Positions 25,864 to 38,459 of a stretch of DNA of 64,000 nt are shown here, piece by piece. The DNA is from Bilabrum cf. latius (taxonomy: Eukaryota), in the NCBI GenBank assembly GCA_965178125.1, contig OZ237740.1, positions 1,426,001 to 1,490,000 of the forward strand, written 5' to 3'. Within the stretch, counting starts at the first letter, position 1, and the number at the start of each line of letters is the position of its first letter. Position numbers and translations under genes: made by a program. Under the pieces are notes generated by a model. That model made no database searches and was not told where the DNA came from. It saw nothing but the letters and a program-made list of their open reading frames with translations.

Positions 25864-26202
25864 AATGAGGATTAAGCAGCGGTGTCGCCTTGTTATGAGT
25901 CGGGCGGGCGTTCAACCGATGACGGGCACTGTATGGAGGGGCGTCCTGTCCACGCGAGGGAACCGGCAGCGCGGACGCTCCCAGCCCGACAGCGACCGTC
26001 CAGCCCGCCAACAAACCCCGACGCCTGGTGCTAAAGCCAGCCAGCATGCTTTCGTACGCTGCTGCACGCACACCGTGCGTACTACATGCTGCCGACTAGG
26101 GGAGTGGATGGACCATTGCTCCGGATCCACGGTCCCGGCCACCAGCAAACAAACTATTATTGTTTGCCGCATGGTTGGTCGGCAAGATTAGCATATCAGC
26201 TA

Positions 26203-27939
26203 ATGCAGTACCCATTGACCTGCGTTGAGTGCGGTGCGCCTGCAAAGAGCATTTACAGGGAGTACAGCAAGGGGAGGGATGGTAGAAACATCAAGCTCAC
26301 ACGCTGCAAGGAGTGTTTCCAATTGATCGACAAATACGTCGAACAAGACGGTGCTCTGATTTGTTTGGATCTAACGCTCCTGAGGACTGCCGCTTTCCGG
26401 CACTTTGTTTTCAACAGGGTCCCCTTTGCCAAAGGCATCACACCTTGGTTCTGTGCGATGACAGTTTTGCTTCTCTTCACATCGGTGTACATGAAAGTAT
26501 ACACACAAGCTGTGTATGAATTCAATGGAGGCCCGCTGCCTGCCCCGGCTCTTGGTTCCATCGTGACATCGTTTGATGGCATGCTTCCAAGCCAGCAGCA
26601 CTTTGACGAGAGCTTCGAGCTGCTCCCGCAAGGACTACAGAAACCGACCACAATGCCAGCTGGCACATCTTTGGTACAGCTTTTGGCCCAGCGGTCCCAA
26701 ACAAACGCAACTTCGTACGAGGACCCGCGCCGGGAGGTCGAACAGCACGATGCGAGCGGAGGAGCGAGCTCCGCACGCGACGATGGCTCCGCTAGCAGCA
26801 CCGATTCGCCCTCTTGGATCTCAGCGATGTCGACTGGCATCGGACAGTTTGAGCCGGCCCACTCGTGGGATCAGCCCCATCCTGCAGACTGGCTGTGGGC
26901 TGCCGCCGGACTTGGCGAACCTCCCGATGCGCAGGACTCGCGGCGAGCATCCATCCCCGCCCGGCCGTGGACCCGCGTGCCTGCATTCTTCTTTGCAGCC
27001 CTGATAGAGAACACTGTATTCGCTCTCACCTGCCTGCTCGCTGCGCGCGGGCTGCAGCTCTCGCACACGGCGCCTGCCAACACGCTGCTGGTGGCGTGCG
27101 CTGGCGTGCTCCCGCTGCAGGGGCTGCTGCTCGATGCACCGCTGCAGCCAGAGGCTGCGCCGCCACAGCAGCCCAGCCATGCAGATCGTCGACGCGGCCG
27201 CGGGTCCTCTGGCGGTCCTCAGGGCCTCATGTCTGTGGTGGCTAGCAGGGTGTGGGCCGGCCTGCAGCCGTCTGCTAGTCGGGGTGCGGGGGGTGGCGGC
27301 AGCAGCAACGAAAGTGCCCCTGGCGAGCTTCCGATGGCCATGGCCCCGCGGGTGGCGCAGACAGGGAATCAGCTGGCGGGCTGGCTCCTCACGCAGTGGG
27401 CCAGGGCACAGTAGCGAGCTGAGGCCGTCGTGGTGAGGAGTGCCGGCCGGGTGGATGACGTGGTGGGGCCTGCTGCCGCCCTGGGCACTTCTAAGGGCGA
27501 CTCAGTTCCGCAGACAGATCCAAACGACGAAGACCACGAGCAGGCTCGATCCAAGCCCATACACTCCGCCGTCCCAGCCGGCAGTAGCAGCCCCGGGCCC
27601 CAGTCCCGCCACCAGGCCCTGCAGGACGACGGCCACGTGCACGTGGGTCTCTTCGGGCCCGTCCTGCCCGCCGTGGATGCCGCGCTGCTGGTCGGTCTCC
27701 TGACGTCCTCGACGCCCCGGCTGCTGTCGCTCCTGTCCGTGGTGTGGGCCTATCCCGCTGGCTTCTTCGTGCTCGTGGCCATGCTGACTCGGGCTGGGAA
27801 CATGGTGGCTGTCAAGGCCGTCCTGCGTTGTGGCTGGGATGCTTCGGCAGTGGTGGTGGCGGCTGGTATATCGGTGGAAATCGCCGTCCGGGTGTGGCTC
27901 TACACCGCTGGCATAGTGTTCGATGTGTTGCTGGTGTGA
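26203..27939 (+). CDS. ARV1: ARV1-like protein (~578 aa); requires TAG=Gln
   Basis: ARV1 homology domain 'CVECG...IKLTRCKEC..IDKYVE.D...LDL.L....AFRH..FN'. TAG at 27412 joins the C-terminal TM segments. TGA at 27937. Confidence 0.85.
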
Positions 27940-28022
27940 TCATGATGGTGCATTTTTGGTGCCATTGCAATGGTGCGCTGGTATGGGAGGTGGATTGCAG
28001 GCGATCGTCACGGGAACAGCGA

Positions 28023-29303
28023 TTATGCGAAGACGGGCGTCCAGGCAAACATTTCAGTCCTGTGCGGCATGGCCAGGAGCTCAATCCCCCGGTCATTGCG
28101 GTCCTTGACACCTGCATCCCGCTGCAGATGCGGCACAGCGCCGTGTTCCCCGTCCAGCAGCCCCTCTGGCACGCCTGCGGGTGCTCTCTCTAGAGCGAGC
28201 AGGTAGTCACGAGCCCGACTCGCCACCTCGGCCTGCTCCTGTGCGCTCCTAGAAGCAACCACCGACAGTGAGGTGATCCTGCGGGTGGCTGCCTCCAGCG
28301 AGAGCACCTCAGTCGTGCGCTGCAGCCACTCTGCTTGCCCTGGGATGTAGCCAGCCGGCATGTCGCCGGGCTGATACATGGCTGCAGCCACGGGAGAGGT
28401 CAGGTGCAGCGCGGGCTTAAACTTGCCGCTGTTCACAATGCGGCGCATCCACTCGAAGGACTGCTGCCGGGGCACATCTTCGGGGTACAGAGTGTCCACA
28501 AACGCCTCAAGCCGGCGCATGGCAGGGCTGGCCCGCCCGTCCCTGGTGTTCCACAGACACACGAACAGAGCTCCCGGTCGCAGACATGCGTGGATGGCCT
28601 CCAGATCAGCGGCCGAATCAAACCAGTGGAAAGCTTGCGCTGCCACCACCACGTCGGCTGCCGGGCGGCCGATCTCGCCCGCGCTGACTGGTAGAGCGGC
28701 CTCCAGTGCGCCGGGAGCCTCCTGCACAGATGCGCGGACGACTGAGCACTCGACCTGCGGCTGTCCACTGGCAGGGCCTCGAGTCTGCCCCCTTGCAGCG
28801 GCAGCGGCAGCGGCAGCGGTGGGGTCGATTGAGCTGCTGCTCACGGTGCTGACCCGGCGGGCTAGCGCGTGGAGAGCTGTACCCATCTCGGCGGGCTCGG
28901 TCGCGAGGTACCGAACCGCCCACCGGGCCGGATCTTCTCCTCGAGACGAGGCTGCCTCTGCCAGCGCACTGCTGGCCCCACCAGGGCCCGACCGTAGACC
29001 TGATTCAGTGAACTTACCCGTCCCCGCGCCCAGCTCCAAAGCTGTGATAGTCCGGCGAGCACCTGGCGGTGATTCCTGGCTCTGTCCAGTGTTTCTTGTT
29101 GGCAGCTTGGCTTGAAGCACCCACTCCCAGAATGCGGATGTGGTGCGGGAGGTGTAGCTCGGTCGGCTTGAGTGGTACACGTTTGCGTCCTGGTACCCGT
29201 CAGCAGCTGCTGAATGCAACCATGCGGCCTTTTGCGGGCTTGACTGTGTCGAGAGGCGAATCCGGCGGCGAAGCAGGCTGCCCCAGCCACTCGTGAGTCG
29301 CAT
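28023..29303 (-). CDS. Class I SAM-dependent methyltransferase (Methyltransf_11/25-like)
   Basis: 'Y..SRPSY', 'LELGAGTGKFT', 'VVAAQAFHWFD', 'LRPGA'. Terminates at TAA (28023-28025). Confidence 0.85.
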   Translation of the reverse strand: MRLTSGWGSLLRRRIRLSTQSSPQKAAWLHSAAADGYQDANVYHSSRPSYTSRTTSAFWEWVLQAKLPTRNTGQSQESPPGARRTITALELGAGTGKFTESGLRSGPGGASSALAEAASSRGEDPARWAVRYLATEPAEMGTALHALARRVSTVSSSSIDPTAAAAAAAARGQTRGPASGQPQVECSVVRASVQEAPGALEAALPVSAGEIGRPAADVVVAAQAFHWFDSAADLEAIHACLRPGALFVCLWNTRDGRASPAMRRLEAFVDTLYPEDVPRQQSFEWMRRIVNSGKFKPALHLTSPVAAAMYQPGDMPAGYIPGQAEWLQRTTEVLSLEAATRRITSLSVVASRSAQEQAEVASRARDYLLALERAPAGVPEGLLDGEHGAVPHLQRDAGVKDRNDRGIELLAMPHRTEMFAWTPVFA

Positions 29304-29858
29304 CACGGCCTTTTTGTCTTACTCAGGGACTGCTTCCGCTTGATTTCACGAATTTCTTCTATGGCGCAATCGTTGAAATCCCGTTCACGCTGCTAGTCAA
29401 CCTCTCCAGGTTCGAGAGGCTCTTCTCCGTAGACTCCCTCAAAACAGCCCTTGCTAACGCACTGGTGCACGCAGTTGTCGCTTTCGAATCGAGGAATCCC
29501 CTTGCACGACTACTTCAGACAAGCTCGCCGCCGAGATTTTAAACTGATACCAGACCGTTTCTGCAAAACTGGAGACTATGCAAGCAACAATCCATGTGGG
29601 GGGAAACATTCAAGCATATTCTCCGTTCGCATCCGGCTCAATCTTACTGCTGAGTATCGCCTAGATGATACCAATACAACACTAAAAAATAATACTAGTA
29701 GCTTTACAATCATTCGCGCGTCAATCACGCAAACTCTACATGCCCTCGCTTGATTCCGGGTGGAATGGTGACGAACCACGATCGAACCTTTCAAGAAGTT
29801 CCTTGGTACCACCGAACGGACCGCAGCTACAACTCAAATAGGACACCATTGAACGGCA

Positions 29859-32800
29859 ATGTCAGACATCTACGAGCGGCAAAAGGAGTGGTTTGATTTA
29901 TCTCGTGCAGCTCATGAGGCCATTAGGATGAGGAACGAAGAGAAAGAGCTTGCTGGCGCAACATTCAGACCTCTAACCAACCCAGACTCAGATGCAGCGA
30001 CCCTTCAGCGAAGCACAATGGTGCTCCCCTTGCTCGCCGGAACGACATCACACCGAGAAAGAGTTAGGACGGCACGACTTCGGGCGGTTGCAGACAGGTG
30101 GTGAGTGCCGACCTCGTGTGCACCCACCAGTGGAGTTCTCGCAAAGTACCTCTGCTGTCTCTCGTCTTTGTCGCCCGTCCACTGCGCGCAGTCGAGAATT
30201 AGCCTCGTCAAAGGCGCCCTCGGATCGCAGGTATTTGCTGAGATCAGCTGCAGCTGTAGAGTCAGGCAAGGGGCTGCCTCGGGCAAGCCGGCTCGTCGCC
30301 CAGTCTACCATCGATTCGCTTCTAAAATTGTTGTCGAACACCCCTGAATACAGTGAATTCGCAGAATCTGCCAGAGAAGAGCGAAAAACGCCGCTTGAGC
30401 TCCATGCCCAGCCAGACGCGAGCCGCAGCTCGAAAGCGCGCATTGGCCAGCGCAGAGTTGCTGCTGGCATGGAAAAGGGCCAGCCGCCGCTCCTTGCAGC
30501 TGGTGCTACAATAGCAAAGGATGATATGCATGCATTGGTTCTCGCATCGGATCCTGGTGGGCAGAGTATCGGCGACAGGCACGACACGCTGCACTCTCTC
30601 GACGCAGAGCTGCAGGGGGAGCGTATGCGATGGGAGCGGTGAGCACATGCAGCCCCGTGCCGGCGGTAGCTGCGTTGGAATATCGTGGATTATAGTTCAT
30701 CCAGCGATCATGTCTTTGCCCCACAGTATTTCTTCGCTTCCATGCCAGCACGCTTCCATGCACCCTATGGCTCCGCACACGCATACGCAGCGAGAGAGAC
30801 GGGTTCCTCAAGCAACTCGAGCAGGCAGCCATTCCAGTGCCAAAGAGCCCAGCCACCGCTGGCAGCTCTCCGCCTCCATCAACCACCACTGGCAGTTGGA
30901 CTAGGGAGGGCGCTGGAGCAGCGATGGATGGTGCCTTCGATGGTACAGGTGGCAGGCACCATGCTGCTGCACCACCACCCAGCAAGTCCCCACGCAGGGC
31001 GGGCATGCCGTTTGTGGCAGCGCCTGCGGAGGTAGTACGCCTCCGATTGCTCGTGAGGCATCAAGCGGGCGAGCTGCGGAAGTTGCGGGCAGAGGCCACC
31101 CGTGCCCGCGAGGCCGACGCATCGACAGCGGGCGATCTCCGCGCTCTGGAGGAGCGCATGCAGGCTCTGGAGCTGGGGCAGTCTGCCACCGCGGGGGGTA
31201 TGGGCGGGGTGTCGCCTTCTGGGGCGAGCCTGCATGCGGCCACTGCGGGGGATCCTGCCCTGGGCTCATCGGAGCCTCCCTCGCCTGGGGTGGGTTGTCC
31301 TGCACCTGGCAGGTCTGCTCCATCGCCCGCGACTCGGCTGGTCCCTCTGGAGGCACTGAAACGGGCCGCCAATGGGTGGCAGGGGCACGCCATCGGGGGC
31401 TACCAGTCGGGCTGGCTAGCGGTTGCATTCGCAGGCGATCGCACGGCGAGGCAAGGGGCTACGCAAGCAGGGGCAGATGAGGTGCGCTTGGGCCTGTCGC
31501 GGCTGGATGCATGGGTGCAGGGCACTGCAGCATCCCTGCCGGGCGCATCCCGCACGTCAGCCGGGTTCGCCCAGGCGCTACGTGCCCCCGCGATGGCAGG
31601 CTGCGTGCAGACTGGACTGGCGGCAGTGGCAGCTGTGGCGCGGGATGCATCCACTCGGTGGGACGCTCTCTTTTGCCTGCTCGTGGGCGGGGGCGACCAC
31701 TGCTTCCCGGGAGAGGGCGCAGGTAAGGGGAATTGGAAGGCTGCACAGGTGCAGGCCGGTTAGGGTGGCGGTGGTTCCGAGGAGGGGCAGCGGGCGGTCT
31801 CGCTGTGCGTCTTGCGCCGGGGCAGTGCCAAGGGCTGGCTGCCGCTGCACAAGACCCGCATCCACCAGCCCGAGCCAGATGATGGACCCCAGTTGCCGAT
31901 GGAGAAAGACACGGAGCACATGGAGCCGGGAGCGGGGACGGGAACGCAAGCAGGGACAGGGGCAGAAGCAGAGGTGCCCACGGACGGTGGCCGGCAGTCA
32001 ACCGGCTCCGGTCGGAGCTTGCTGCTGGAATGTGGGCCCAACCGCGCCGAGTTTGCCTTTGGACGGAGCGAAGAAGCGCAGCTTTGGCGGGGGGCACTGG
32101 GGCGAGCGACAGCAGCGGCCCAGCTGGTGCGGCTGGATGCGAAACGGAGGGCGGAGGCAAGGGCGCGGGCGGCGAGGGAGCGGGCGGAGGGGGCCGGTGG
32201 GGCGGCGGAGGGGGCGGGTCTTGAGCAGGAGGAGGTGGGTGGAGGCTAGCAGCGTGGGCGAGAAGGAGAAGGAGAAGGAGATTCCTCTGCCAGTGGCCCG
32301 GTGGGTCCATCCGCAGAGGCTGTGGCAGAGGCTCGCCGTGAGCTGCTGCTAGCCGCCAGCGCAGAGGGACCCGTGCTCAAGCGGGCTTGGGCCGGGGATC
32401 GACCCGCCCGCGCGCCCAAGTGGCACCTGCGGCTGCTCAGCATGGATCCAAGCCGGCTCAAGCTTGAGTACCACGATGCTGAGCCCGTCCTCTGGGCGGG
32501 TGCTGGGGAGGTGCGCGGTGCCAGCGATGCAGGTGGGAAGAGCAAGGGCAAGGACAAGGACAAGGGGGCGCGAGCTGAAGACAGCGGTTTCTGGCCGGCA
32601 GCTGTCTTGCTAGGAGCTCGCACAGGAGACTCGGAATCGGAATCTCTGTATACCTGTGCGGTTGTCGGCGTCGCGGGTGGTCGCTATGACAGACACCGCA
32701 CCAGTGCCGGTGCCGGTGCCGGCGGTCGAACTGATGGCTCCGCTGTGCATCACAGCGATGGATTCGGAGAGGACGATGGGGAAGACGGTGGGCCCGTGAG

Positions 32801-32933
32801 GGCCCGCGGAGGCGGGTTCTTCGGTGCGATGGTTCTCGCGGAGGAGACAAGGACCGGGTGCCTTGCTTGGGCACTTGCCGTGGCACAGGCAGCTCAGGTG
32901 CCCGTGTTTGGGGACCTAGACTCGCTGTAGTGA
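29859..32933 (+). CDS. Hypothetical coiled-coil protein with possible C-terminal PH-like domain (~943 aa); requires TAG=Gln
   Basis: Tentative join(29859..30100,30192..30638,30791..32933), with introns GTGAGT...CGCAG and GTGAGC...CGCAG. 'TFRPLTN' motif near the N-terminus; 'EGPVLKR...W..RLL...LEYH' near the C-terminus. TAG at 31761, 32247, 32928; TGA at 32931. Confidence 0.5.
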
Positions 32934-33097
32934 CTGTGATCAACCTTATCCATATGAATTTTCTGGTAAACGTGCTGTTTTTGGCCTCAAGCTACGGCAT
33001 CGTGCTCGGCTGTTGTGTGATGAGTGCGCGAGAACCGAGCTATCGATGGGCCGCACACGTGAAATCAAGGGTCAGTAGTAGTAGTTTGCGCGTCGCA

Positions 33098-33936
33098 ATG
33101 TCTGCGCCGCGTCCACCCCCCGGACTTGGGTATTCTCCTAATCCAGCTGATCGCTAGACTTCAAGGTCTCGAGTGCCGGAGCAAGACCGAGACTTCATTT
33201 AGCAGATGCAGCGACGGACTGGTGGATCTTCTCAATCCCACACGTCAGCAAGAGAGTCAGCTGCTGCAACGGCAGATCCTGCAGCGTCTAGACAACTATT
33301 CGATATGATTCGTGGAGGTGGAGGTACGCAGGCAGCTCCAGCAGCTTCGTCATCGTTTGCCTCGTCCAGCGCAACCAGCGGCCCTGCCGTGCGCGGTGCA
33401 CGTCCCGACGGCAGCCAGATGAGAGATGCAGCGCACGCCCACTCACAGATAGTTGGGGCTACGCATGCGACTCATGAGGCTGCTGGTGCAGCTGCTAGCC
33501 GACCAGCAGCACATTCGGACCCACGTGCTGCCGAGGAAGCGTATCGACGCGATCAGGCTGAAGTTCACACTTTTGCGTAGCAGCGGATTGCAAGCTCGGG
33601 CGGGCAATTCCCTACTCGAATTACTTACAAGGGGGCAACGTGGATTCCAGCGAAGGTGGGAGAGCGGATTGTGTACTTGACCGAAGAGAGGCTGCGGTTG
33701 GCACAGGCGCAGAAGCAGCAGCATGCAGCAGCGGCGGCTGGCACCTCTGATGCCGCCAGGCAGGCTGAAATGGCCGCTTAGGCTAAGGCTCAAGCCCAGG
33801 CCCAGGCCCAGGCAGAGGCACAGGCCCGAGCGCAGGCCGAGGCCCAAGCCAAGGCCCAGTATGAGGCCCAAGTGCGGGCCCAGCAGCAGTGGGCGCAGGC
33901 CTATGCGCAGCAGCAACAGCAGATGTACATGCAGTA

Positions 33937-33983
<47 letters not shown>

Positions 33984-36900
33984 TGCTGCAACAGCAACAT
34001 CAGCAGCAGCATCAGCAGCAGCAGGGCCCACCGCCCTCTGCAGGCGATGCTCCGGGCGCGAGGGAGGCGAGGGGCTCTTCGGGCCTGCAGGGGGCGGGGG
34101 GCGAGCACACCACTGCTGCTGCTGCTGCTGCTGCTGGCAGCGACCCATCCCGGCAGGGAAAGGATCGCAAGCAGGGGGGGCGCAGGGAGCGTGAGTCGGC
34201 GTGGAAGCCCGACAGGCACGCGTTGCCAGTGCAGATGACGCTTTCGCAGCGGCTGGTGCGTCCGGGGGGGCACGTGACAGTGCACCTGCAGGGCCCCCCC
34301 ATGAGCACGCAGGAGGACCAGGTAGGCCTGTACAGGGCCCGCGAGCAGGACAGCAACCGGTACATCACAGTCAGGTGAGCTCTCCTCCCCTCTTCAGTTG
34401 CTGCTGCTGCCATGCGTCTCCTCTTGCAATCCGCCTGCCGCTGCCTCGAAGGCACTTGGTTCAGTCTTCTGCTCTTCTTCTATCACTCTTGTCCATCTCT
34501 TCGACATTGGCTCTTGTTTGTTCTACGCAGGTCCCACCGCGCGATGCGACCGGTGGCCCCGGGGGATTCGTCCTACCGCCGCTTCGTCAAGTTCTACGCC
34601 CCCAAGGCCCGCGGCGAGTACGATTTCCGGCTGTATGATGAGGTGGATCCGTTCGAGGCCGCGGGCCCCGACGGGCTGATGGACGAGCAGGATGAGGGGA
34701 GCTTCATGCTCATGGGCTGGTCCACCCCCCTCCGAGTGGAGGTGCAGGGGCGAGACCTCGGCCCTGTCCTCGAGAGGTGCGCAGAGTTCTTGCACGAGGC
34801 GGGGGCGCGGCTGATGCGGGCTGCCAACTATTCGCTGGCGGGGGCCATGCAGCAGCGCATGATGTTCCTGGGCGAGGAGGGGGCCAGCGGAGACGATTCC
34901 CGCCGGGAGGTCCTCGCTCGGTGGGCGGCCAAGGCCGTGGGGCCTGCCGAGTACCCTGCCCTGCAAGCATGGCTGCGGGCGGGTGGCGGCCCCAAAGCTG
35001 GTAGCGCCGGCGAGGAGGATGCACAGGTGCTGCCCATGCCCAGCGCGACCTCGATCGGTAGCGACGAGGACCGGCGCGCGGCACAGGGCCTTGGCAAGGA
35101 CAAGGAGGTGCGCAGCAAGCCGCAGCAGGCGTCTCTCGCCGATACGGGGGTCTGGGGCAAGGCGCTGGGGGCAGCTGCGCAGCTGCGGTCCCTGGTGGCT
35201 CGTGTGCGGGTGGTGGCAGTCAGCGACAAGTTCAAAGAGGCCTGGTGGAGGGCGCTGTGGGCCGCGGTTCAGCTTGCGGCGAGCGCCAGAGTTGCACTTG
35301 CGGTGCAGCACCAAGTCATCCCGGCCATCGCAAACCTTGATGCAGCCGAGGAGCTGGGGAAGGACGCGGAGGAATCCGGAGAACAGGTGCGGGCGTGGCT
35401 GGTGGCCACAGCCAAGGGCAGGCGGGCGAAGGACCCTGAGGAGACTGCCTCGGCCGTGGGGCGGTGGATCAAGGGCATGCGGGCGGCACTGCGAGAGGCC
35501 CCCCCTCCCCAACCTTCGCAGTCCGGGGGTGAGGACGACCCACCCGCTCCCGATGACGGCTTGCAGGCCCGGCGCGCAGAGCTGGCCGAGGAGCTTGGCT
35601 CCTGCCCCGAGCCCCCGATGCTGATGCCTTCCCGGGAGCACCATCTGGTACAGCTGGTGGAGGAGGGCGTGCGGGTCTCGCTGCTCGAGGCCCTCGAGCG
35701 GCCCTACGTGGCCGGCATGCTGCTCAAGCCCGCGGTGGTGGCGGCCATGAGGACGTGGACCGAAGCGGTGTGCCCTCTGACGAGCCGCATGCTGCAGCTG
35801 CCCGCCGTTGGGTCCAAGCCTGACGCGGCGCTCGAGGCGGCGGCAGGCGCCACCGGCTCTGGTCCTGGCAGTGCCCGGGCAGCTGTGCTGGCTGCACTGG
35901 AGCACAGCAAGCGAGCCTTCCTCCCGGGTGCGCTGGGCGAAGGCGGCGATGAGGTCGAGGACGAGGATGAGGACGACGAGGGCGAGTCGGCTGGGGCGTC
36001 CAAGGCAGGGGCTGCCGCTGTCGACAAGGCGCTTCCCGTGGATCCCGCCGTGGCTGTGCTGGCCGCGCTGGCTGCCTCCGGGGAGGGGCTGCCTCTCCCC
36101 GGGAAGTTGCCCGGCGCGATTAAGGGGCGGGTGGCTTCACTGATGTAGACCGTGCTGCCCGCGCTGCTCCCTGGCCCTGCGAGCATCAAGGAGAGGGAGT
36201 CTCTGCGGGCCAGGGTGCAAGAGATTCTGGCGCCGCTCGCCGAGTCGCAGGGGTGCGGCGAGGTGGAGGTGAGCCTGTTCGGTTCCAGTGCCAATGGATT
36301 TGGGACCGCCACGTCTGACGTTGATATGGCGGTGCGTCCGGTGGACGGGGGCAAGCAGGAGTCCTCGTGGGACGGTCCCCTGGTGGTGGAGGAGGCAGGC
36401 AAACTTCTGGAGGACGCGGGCATGGAGGAGGTGCAGGCGCGACCCACCGCCCGGGTGCCCGTGGTCACCTTCCGCGACCCCGTGACTGGGCTGGAGAGCG
36501 ACGTGAGCCCGGGGAACCCGCTGTCGCTGGCCAACACCGCGCTGCTGCGGGCCTATGCCGAGGTGGACCCCCGGCTGCAGCAGGTGGCCTACTTCCTCAA
36601 GCACCTCGTCAAGCAGCGGCTCATCAACAAGCCCATGCAGCACACGCTGTCTTCGTACGGTTACATCCTAATGCTCATCGCCTACATGCAGCGGCGCACC
36701 CCACTGCCCGCGCTCCCCTGTCTGTAGGCGCTCTCGGATGGCTGGGCCGGTGAGGACCTTGCCATGGAGGTGCAGCCGCGGCCAGCTGGAGGTGCTGCCA
36801 CTGGGGGTGCCGGGCGCGGGCGCGGCCCCCTGGTCAAGAATCCCGACGGGCGCCTGTGCGATACGTGGTTCTTGGACCCCCTCCGCAGGCACGGAGGCGG

Positions 36901-38290
36901 CGGGGAGGAGGCGCTGGCCAAGCTGAGGCGGCTGTGTGCGCGCAATAAGGAGAGTGCTGCGGAGCTGCTGCTGGGATTCTTGCACTACTACGGCGTGCAG
37001 CACGACGCGGAGCGGCACGTGGTCTCCATCCGCGCGCTGAGTATCCCGGACGGGGCGCCTGCAGGGGGATTCTTCGAGGCGCCGGTGGCCCCTCTCGTCC
37101 AGCAGCATGGCGGGGACAGAGGTGGCCGAGGCGGTCGGGGGCGTGGGGGCAGGGGAGGCCGTGGTGGCCGGGGCAGGGGCGGCAGGCGTGGCGGCGGCAG
37201 GTCTTCCATGCCCCGGCTCGGCGGGCGCGGGGCCTCAGCTGCGGGTCCGGATCCCGCCTTGGTGCCTGGGTTCCAGCCCGGGAGGAAGGACCCATTCGCC
37301 GGCGAGTTCTCGCTGGGCGGCATGCTCCGGCGCGATTTCAAAGCCGAGTCTGACGGGGGCTCCCAGGGCGATGAGGGCGCCAGCGGCGGTGCCGGCAGAG
37401 GCGGTGCTCCCGTGGATGCGCCCGTCGTGTGGCCCCTGCGCGGCGCGCTGAGCATTGAGGACCCCTTCGAGACTTCGTACGATGTGGCCCACGTACTGCG
37501 GGCAGCCACGTGGATGTCTATCCGAGCCGAGTTCGTCAGGGCCTATGCCGTGCTCGTGGCGCCGAGGGGAGTGCGGAGACCCGCTGCGAGTGCTGGTGTG
37601 AGCGAGCCGCATGCAGCCGTAGATGAGCTGAATGCGGGCGTGGCATTCCCGGCTGGCAGGCACCCTCGGCAGTCGCTGCCCTCGGCTCGCCGCGTGCTTC
37701 GCGTGCAGCAGGACGACAGGTGGTGGGCAGGAGGCGATGACCCGGAGGCCCTCGAGGACGGGATGGACGAGGACGGGGAGGAAGGGGACCCTTTCGCGCC
37801 TGGAGAGCGAGCGCTGGGGGATGGGGGCGGGGGCGGGCGGGAGCCCCAGGAACGGTTCGACGTGTACGTGCCCCCCAGGAAGCAAATGCAGGGGCAGGAG
37901 CATATGCAGGCACAGGCGCATGCTCCTGGGACAGTAGCACAGTCGCAAGGGGGGGCGCAGCCGCAGTACGCATACGTGCAGCAGGTGCAGGGATACCCGC
38001 AGCAGTACATGGCCCAGGCAGCAGGGGCCTACGCGGGCATGCCCGTGGGAATGGGAATGGGGGTGGGGGCTGGCATGGGCATGCAGCAGAGCATGGGTGG
38101 AGGCGTGGGCGGTGCCCCTGGTGGTATGTATGGTGCCGCAGCTGGGACAGCGCCAATGGGCGGTGGCGGGCAGCTGCTCGGAGCCAGCGCTCCTCTTGGC
38201 GGCGCCCCCGCGTGGGCTGGCGGGGTGCCTGGGCAGGACGGTGGTGCTGCGGCACCTGGTCACGTGTGGGGCAGCTGGGGCGGCCAGTGA
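33098..38290 (+). CDS. Cid1-like terminal nucleotidyltransferase (TUTase / non-canonical poly(A) polymerase) with N-terminal poly-Gln (~1678 aa); requires TAG=Gln
   Basis: join(33098..34374,34531..38290). NTase motifs 'LFGSSANGFGTATSDVDM', 'ARVPVV', 'NTALLRAY', 'TLSSYGYILM', 'LPCL*', and PAP-associated 'LSIEDPFETSYDV'. Seven in-frame TAG; TGA at 38288. Confidence 0.88.
33908..34024 (+). repeat. CAG/CAA poly-glutamine tract containing an in-frame TAG
   Basis: 'ATG CAG TAG CAA CAG CAG CAG...' with TAG at 33935-33937. Confidence 0.9.
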
Positions 38291-38459
38291 CAACCAGTTA
38301 TCATGAGTAAACTAGCCAGATTCCATCTACGGCGTTCTAAGATTCAAATCATGCTTTTCGCATCGGGCAAGCCCATGTGACCTGAACCATACGACACCCG
38401 CAGGAGTCACGCCGCGGATACATGTACCCGACAGGCATGCTGGCTTGATATGGACAAGC

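Noticed and set aside
29361-29753. ORF of about 130 codons under TAG=Gln between the methyltransferase and the 29859 gene
   Set aside because: No recognisable motif or coding-like codon bias. It could be UTR/promoter sequence or an unmodelled upstream exon.
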